Of a DNA stretch of 64,000 nucleotides, positions 58,024 to 64,000 are shown one piece after another. Made by a program: the position numbers and the translations under genes. Origin of the DNA: Tubiluchus corallicola (lineage: Eukaryota > Animalia > Priapulida); assembly GCA_030141605.1 (NCBI GenBank), contig JAQGDQ010000074.1:496001-560000 (forward strand), in the 5' to 3' direction. Each line of letters opens with the position of its first letter. Position 1 is the stretch's first letter. The notes beneath the pieces were generated by a model. That model had not been told where the DNA came from, ran no database searches, and saw only the letters and a list, made by a program, of their open reading frames with translations.

Positions 58024-58737
58024 CTGTAAAAATTATTTCACGTCACTTCTTTCAATTAATTCTAATAACTACTAATCTGACAATAATCATACTACATTTG
58101 ACTTACAGACCATAATTATGACAGTGAAACTCGCATTGGCTTATTGTTTCCTCTAAACCAGTATTTCAGTACCAGATCCTGTTAACTAACCCATGGTTTG
58201 GAGTTAAAGCTAAGCTATGGGCTTATGTGCTAAATGCCATTAAAACCAATTCAGTCGCGATGTGCCAGTAACCTAACGAGCTTATTCAGACCCATTTAAA
58301 CACTATTGACAAAGGATCGGAAGATAATTTGGACTAGCAAGAAATTGCTCTATTTCGAAATTAATAACAATGACCTACAAAGCCGACAAAAAATTTTTCA
58401 CTCCGTCAAAAACTGTATAAAACTTAAGAAAAAAAGCATCTTGACCAAATTTTTGATCAGCAAAGTTGAACACGTTGACGACTTGATGGTTATCAAATAT
58501 AAGTATTTTGAACATTTTGTTGCAAAAAATTATCACAGGGGATTTGGAACAAACTGGACAGTTGTTTCAATTCCAAAAATTGAAACTGAAGTTGCCTGTT
58601 GACGTATTTGGACGTATCTACACAGGACAACTGGACAACAAACTCTTCTTTCATGCAATACCCTTTTTTATTTTCTGCTGAAGTGCATTCTTTAATCAGA
58701 TAACAAGAGATACTAATGTTTCCTTTGGAAGCCTAAC

Positions 58738-58866
<129 letters not shown>

Positions 58867-59551
58867 CACTGTACATGCGTATGGGCAAGTCTTTTTTCAG
58901 CAAAGTGTTTACAGCTTGTGGGACAATTTCTCTACCATTTCCTTGTTTTCTCTAGAACGTCCAAATGGTCTTTAAAATTTCAATTTCTACAGGCTTGTTT
59001 GCATAGAATTTCAAAAATCTTAGTGAATCCTTGTGGAAAAGTTAATCCTATGCAAAAACCTGGGCTTCCCAGAAAACACAACTATACTTTATAAGTTTTA
59101 TAATGTGGAATAAACCTCTTCAGGCCCAACCGAAACCGTCTCCTTCCTTCCTTCCCGAAAATTAAACTCTTGCAACACACTGTCGACAATGACGGTTTTT
59201 TGTTTCTCACGTTTTCCAGGCACCACAAATGAAAAATAAAACCCTAATGAGGTAATGTGAAATTTAAGGTGAATTGTTAGATACCCCGCAAATCCAAAAA
59301 AGTTACCAAAAGGCCATGAAAATTGCAAATATGTACATAAATTTATGTTATAGCACATATACAAGATGTTTAAGAAGAAACATTGCACAAAAAATATGCT
59401 GGTATGCGTATATCGCAGGGAATATAATGCGCATGTAATATTCCGCCATTATGAAGCCATAATGCGCAAGTCTAGGTTCATTTTGGACAAAATAACAAGT
59501 GTTATTCAAAGCATCAAACCTGATGAGCTTGAGCGTGTGCTTCATAACAAG

Positions 59552-59992
59552 CAGTGTTGCTCCCGTTTACGTCTGCAACTTAACTGCGCACACTCAGCAG
59601 TTCTTGTACCGTAATCCCCAGTTTTCCAAATGTAACTCGTACAGTTACAGTTCCTTCTTCACCATCGGAAAAGTAATTAGTTACAGCTACAGTCACTATT
59701 TACCGATAAGCTGTACTATATATAACAACAATCCGCGTCACAGTACTGAGAAAAGGATGCAATGGGCAGAGAACAATATTCATACAATGTTCAATTAATA
59801 AACTTTTTGGTTTGATTCTAGACAAATATAACGGTAAAAGCGTGCTATAAAAGCGTACAAGTTACACAAAAAGGTATTAGCTACAGTTACAAGTTACTCT
59901 TAGTAACTTTTAAGTCGCTACTGTTACAGTTACAGAACCTTGGAGATATGTTTGTGAGTAGTTACATTTATAACGTGTTATTCCCGCCACTG
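59552..59992. mobile_element. Degenerate hAT-like MITE rich in GTTAC/GTAAC repeats (intron 2 of the DCDC2-like gene)
   Basis: CAGTG...CACTG ends and many GTTAC(A) subterminal repeats; no convincing TSD. Confidence 0.45.
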
Positions 59993-60244
59993 ATAGTCTC
60001 TTACTTTATGACTTAACACTCGACGGCATTTCATTGTGATTTTGTTAAATTATTTCAGGATGTCGCCACATTTTTACTGCACTGTTTCTTATGAAACACC
60101 CAGTGTTGTGCTGTACAGTATTAGTGTACTCATTTAGCATACAAATTATACATACAAAGCGACAATCAAAACAATTCCATTGGTGACTAAGTGTCCTGTA
60201 CATTGCTAAATTGGCATATGCACGATGCATGATGTTGGCATTAC

Positions 60245-60412
60245 CTTCTGTTAGGGTCTCTGAAGTCTTATCCTGCAAGCTGCGATCCTTGGCACTATCC
60301 TTTTCTTTAGGACCACCATCTTCACGTTCTACATCACCTGAAATATTTACAGCCAAGTGCTGCTTTTCACTAATTGACACGTTTCCTTTTACAATCTCTG
60401 AAGTGCCTTTGC
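60245..60412 (-). CDS. DCDC2-like gene, predicted coding exon 2 (low-complexity charged linker)
   Basis: T-rich TAG acceptor; open 168 nt encoding GKGTSEIV...DKTSETLTE; G|GTAATG donor. Phase 1/1 fits both neighbouring exons. Confidence 0.65.
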
Positions 60413-60910
60413 CTATTATCAAAAATTATATAACTATAAACCTCGCCGTCTTCTGCACGTTCTGTAACCTTTTCTTCCTTACTATATTTTGAAATTGTGT
60501 AATTATGAGTATTTTGGGACGATCTGATCTAGAATATCCTTTGAAGTATATGCATCATTCGCGTCCTTTACAGCTTTAACATTAGAGTCTTCTACCACTT
60601 TTGCAATTTATGCATCTAGAACATACTTAAATCTTGATGTGCCATCAATAGCTTATGGTTCCGCTTGTCACATTATGTGCATAAAAGACTATATGACTAG
60701 AACACAAAGTGGAAGACCATGTCATGAGCTTGAGGCATGTACATGTCAATCTGATTCACACACTAACTGAGTAATTGCCATTATGTGCTTGACCGAAAAG
60801 ACTTACAGTACAGAAAGTAATAGCTTTCTGGTATTGTTAATTCAAGTTTAACTCTGCAAATTTTTAACGAAGTTAAATGAAAATCAAACAAACATTGAAT
60901 AATATTGCAC

Positions 60911-61973
60911 CTTCACAGTTTGTCATCGAAAAATCTCCTCTGTTCTTTGCCTTGTCTTCAGCATCGTCTGGATAAAGCTGGTCAGTGGGAAAATCAACTA
61001 TTGTGTCTTCAGGCTCGCCTTCAACTAGATTTCTTCGACCTTCACTCATGTCTATCTCATCTGCTGCTGTTTCTGAGGTCACTTGATCTCTTTGAAAATC
61101 TACCAGCATTTCAGAAGTATCCCCAAATTCCATAGCTCCAGATACATCAGTATGACCTACTTTTGCTTTCATTATGCTATCTTCATCTTTGTCATAATCG
61201 GGTTCCGAAAGACTTTTATGCAGTTTATGATGCGAGTGTCTATGAACTTGATCTGCCTGTGTCTTGCTTCGGTGTTGGTTACCAGGTTGGACAAAACGAT
61301 GAAGAACAACTGATCCATATGTGATAGGCTTGAATGGTTCTGAGCCACCAGCTATATAAGACCCTCCGGATTCGATTTGATGTATATTGTGTATTTTTTC
61401 GTAAGTATCTATATGGTACAATTTCCTAACAGCTCCATTGTCTAGACATACCTTATTCGTGATTTCCTGAAGAAGGCCAGGCAAGGTTCTTGCATCATTA
61501 TGTGCTAACAGTATTTTAACAGGGCCGGACTTGTCATCACCATTCCTATAAATGTTCAGAATTAAAGGTGGGTGGTTGAACGCGTCCGACCACCGAGCAG
61601 GAACCAAACTGCCACGCCGACTATGGACGACAGGCTGAACGTAACCAAATCGACTCTTTCGTGGCTTTTCCTGGGTTTTTCTAAACTCCTCAATTTGTGC
61701 GTAACTTACATACTTAAAAGGTTCTCTGCCAGCGGCAACATATTCCCTTCCAGGCTGAATATCATCCCATTTTCGCAACCTGCTACCCGATTTGGGGGTA
61801 TAAACGTTTCTCACTGCTCCAAATACAGGTCGTATCTTCAATGTAACTTCCTCCAGAAAAGCATCAAAAGTTGGAATGCGCTTTTTGTTAACAACGAACC
61901 GCTTCCCCTCAAAGTACTTATCGCCATTTAAGAATACTTTGATTGATCTAACGTCTTCGGGAGGATAGTTCAT
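60911..61973 (-). CDS. DCDC2: DCDC2-like doublecortin domain protein, coding exon 1 (both DCX domains plus conserved C-terminal motif)
   Basis: First in-frame ATG at 61973. DCX1: VFLNGDKYFEGKRFVV...FGAVRNVYTP...YVAAGREPFK. Linker: VQPVVHSR. DCX2: IYRNGD...GAVRKLY...YIAGGSEPFK. The acidic GAMEFGDTSEMLVDFQRDQ motif resembles DCDC2 GAxEVxExxxTxVExPxDQ. The putative donor G|GTGCAA is weak. Confidence 0.9.
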
Positions 61974-62130
61974 ATTTTTTGTATCACAGGTTCGCAAAGA
62001 CACCTTCCATCTGACATTCCTTAGAAATCAGATTTCAACTTCTTGCCGGCCAACTCACCCTATGGTTAAACTCACCATAACGTGCTCAGTGTTTAAATAT
62101 AGCATTTCCCATGAGGTTAAAAGCCGTGTT

Positions 62131-62144
62131 GTTACCTTAGAGAC
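62131..62144. promoter_or_regulatory. RFX X-box-like motif upstream of the DCDC2-like gene
   Basis: The minus strand reads GTCTCT-AA-GGTAAC, which fits GTYNCY-N2-RGNAAC, about 160 bp upstream of the ATG of a gene from a ciliary family. Confidence 0.6.
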
Positions 62145-62173
62145 AAGGTTGCAGCTACATCACTAATCTGGTA

Positions 62174-62181
62174 TGACGTCA
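62174..62181. promoter_or_regulatory. CRE palindrome TGACGTCA
   Basis: Perfect CRE 30 bp from the X-box-like site, about 200 bp upstream of the DCDC2-like ATG. Confidence 0.45.
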
Positions 62182-62559
62182 CTAGCTGAAAAGTGTGCTA
62201 ATTTATTATAGGAAAACATCTTTTGTATTGACACATAAATGTTTCTGGTGACATATCGAAAACAAGCACGGCTGTATCAGCCTCAAACATATTTAACTCA
62301 CAATGCTAAATTCAAGACATACAGGCAAAAAGTAATTCCTTCAACTGCCATAGAGCTGAGAATTTATAACGAGTTTGTCTATAAAGTTAACGTCGTAAAT
62401 TAGAAAGATTTTACCACATATATATACTATTATTTTTTGTTGAGAATGTCCAAAAAATAAAAATTGCATACTTGATATTGTCATTAGACCCATAAATGAA
62501 AAAATGAGATATTAGAATGTTTGTCATTCGGAAACCACCTTAGTTTCAGAAGAAATAAA

Positions 62560-62637
62560 ACACCAGCCACCGAGAATATCATTATTTTATTGACGATTAA
62601 TCGTCAATAAAATGATGATATTCTCGGTGGCTGGTGT
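62560..62637. repeat. 78-bp near-perfect palindrome with no spacer
   Basis: ACACCAGCCACCGAGAATATCATTATTTTATTGACGATT|AATCGTCAATAAAATGATGATATTCTCGGTGGCTGGTGT; one mismatch (T62583 opposite G62614). Confidence 0.95.
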
Positions 62638-64000
62638 ACTGTTTTGCTTTTGGCATGGTTGTATTGTCCTTAAAATATTGATATTGTCTTCATTGTGTTG
62701 GTATTAGTAGGACTGTATTATCAAAAAAGCTATTGGCCAATTCAGGTCTCAATCGAAAAAAGTAATTGAAGTGTCGGAAAAACATAATAAACGTGGTTTT
62801 TTTAATGTAAGTAAAAACGAAATTTATGGGATTAATTTTGTGTTTCTTACTTTTGTTTTTTTTTCTTAAAAACTTAGTATTATTCATAATATATGGATCT
62901 AATTTCATGACAAAAAGTTTATTACTTTTTATTCCAGTACAAAGAGAACCACGTTTTTAATGATTTTTTGTCCACTCGTTATAATTTCTCAAATCCGATC
63001 TTGAATGGAATTCTGCAGCCACGCTGTACTGGTGCTTCAGAAGTTCAACTACAAAATCATATCGCCAAATCACGTCTAATTTACTTAGTCGATCAGCAAC
63101 TATTTGCTCTAGTCACATGATCTGACATGAAAAAAACAAAATGAATTTTCTTTTGTAAAATCAATGGTACGTCACTGATTTTCTTTTTTCGTAAAGCTGT
63201 AGGACTGTCTCTGCATGTCGTGAACTTCTTAATTGATCGATCAAGGAACCCATGTCCGAGTGTGTCCTCTTTCCGCGTTGAAGAAACCTCAAGGAAATCA
63301 GCAAATTTGCTCCCAGGTTTCAAATGTCAAGTCAGTTTACTCAGTTGAGTTGGCAAAACTTTTAGCCGAAATGGACATCATATTAACTAGCTAAACAATG
63401 GACTCTGCCAGAATGACACAACGACAGTTTCGCAAATAGCTGGATTGACGTCAATGTCATCTCAGTGCAGACTAATAATAGGTATGAACTTGTTCACATT
63501 CTTGTCGCGAGCGACGTCGGCGACAATGATTAAATGGTTATTTTCATAACATTATATTATATATTATTATATAATAACAGTATTATATAATAATAATAAT
63601 ATCCATATCAGAGGTTCTCAGGATCCTAGGTCACCTTCCATACTGTTGAGTTCTCAAGTTTTTTCAACTCAGTTAGTTTTACAACATTTTTCACAATAAA
63701 ATGGAAAAATCCTTATTTTAATGAGTCTTAATTGGTTTAATACGCAAATACACACGCTACTGGGAAGCCATGAGATCTTTGTTAAAATTAATGCCATTAA
63801 AAGAAAAAGATAGTGTAATAGCGAGATACTCGAAACGCAAACTTCCACTTGAGTTTTAATGCCTACATTTGATGCCAAGAAACTGAACTTAACTTGTGCA
63901 AAACTAACTAATTTATGTAATGGCATTTCATTTGATGAGTATACACAGGTCACAGAGCACTTTCTTTCCCAAATTGGAGTTTCTATCTGACTGAAGTTCC

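Noticed and set aside
59098-59388. Possible extra DCDC2-like exon (…GKREKQKTV…GPEE|GT)
   Set aside because: The donor is phase 0 whereas the flanking exons need phase 1/1, and there is no good acceptor.

Overview
AT-rich, intron- and microsatellite-rich animal genomic DNA, probably from an invertebrate; it is not prokaryotic, and most short ORFs in the track are noise. Two protein-coding genes lie in tandem on the minus strand. (1) A DCDC2-type tandem doublecortin-domain gene: 3 predicted coding exons (61973-60911, 60412-60245, 58023-55583), about 1223 aa. The whole DCDC2-homologous part sits in one exon and is followed by a roughly 870-aa acidic tail carrying an unrecognised 51-aa tandem repeat and dispersed copies of its core motif. 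An RFX X-box-like site, a CRE and a 78-bp palindrome lie upstream. (2) The 5' part of a kainate-type ionotropic glutamate receptor gene: a signal-peptide exon at 53204-53114 that is absent from the ORF track, a 36.6-kb first intron, then amino-terminal-domain exons at 16469-16314, 7631-7380 and 4310-4108; the gene continues beyond the left edge. The introns hold a BEL/Pao gag relic, a LINE RT relic, several non-autonomous DNA transposons (including a 96-bp hAT-like element nested in a 1.3-kb one, each with a perfect 8-bp TSD), tRNA-like SINE heads and many microsatellites. All gene models were built by eye from splice signals, phase and remembered family motifs; no database search was run.
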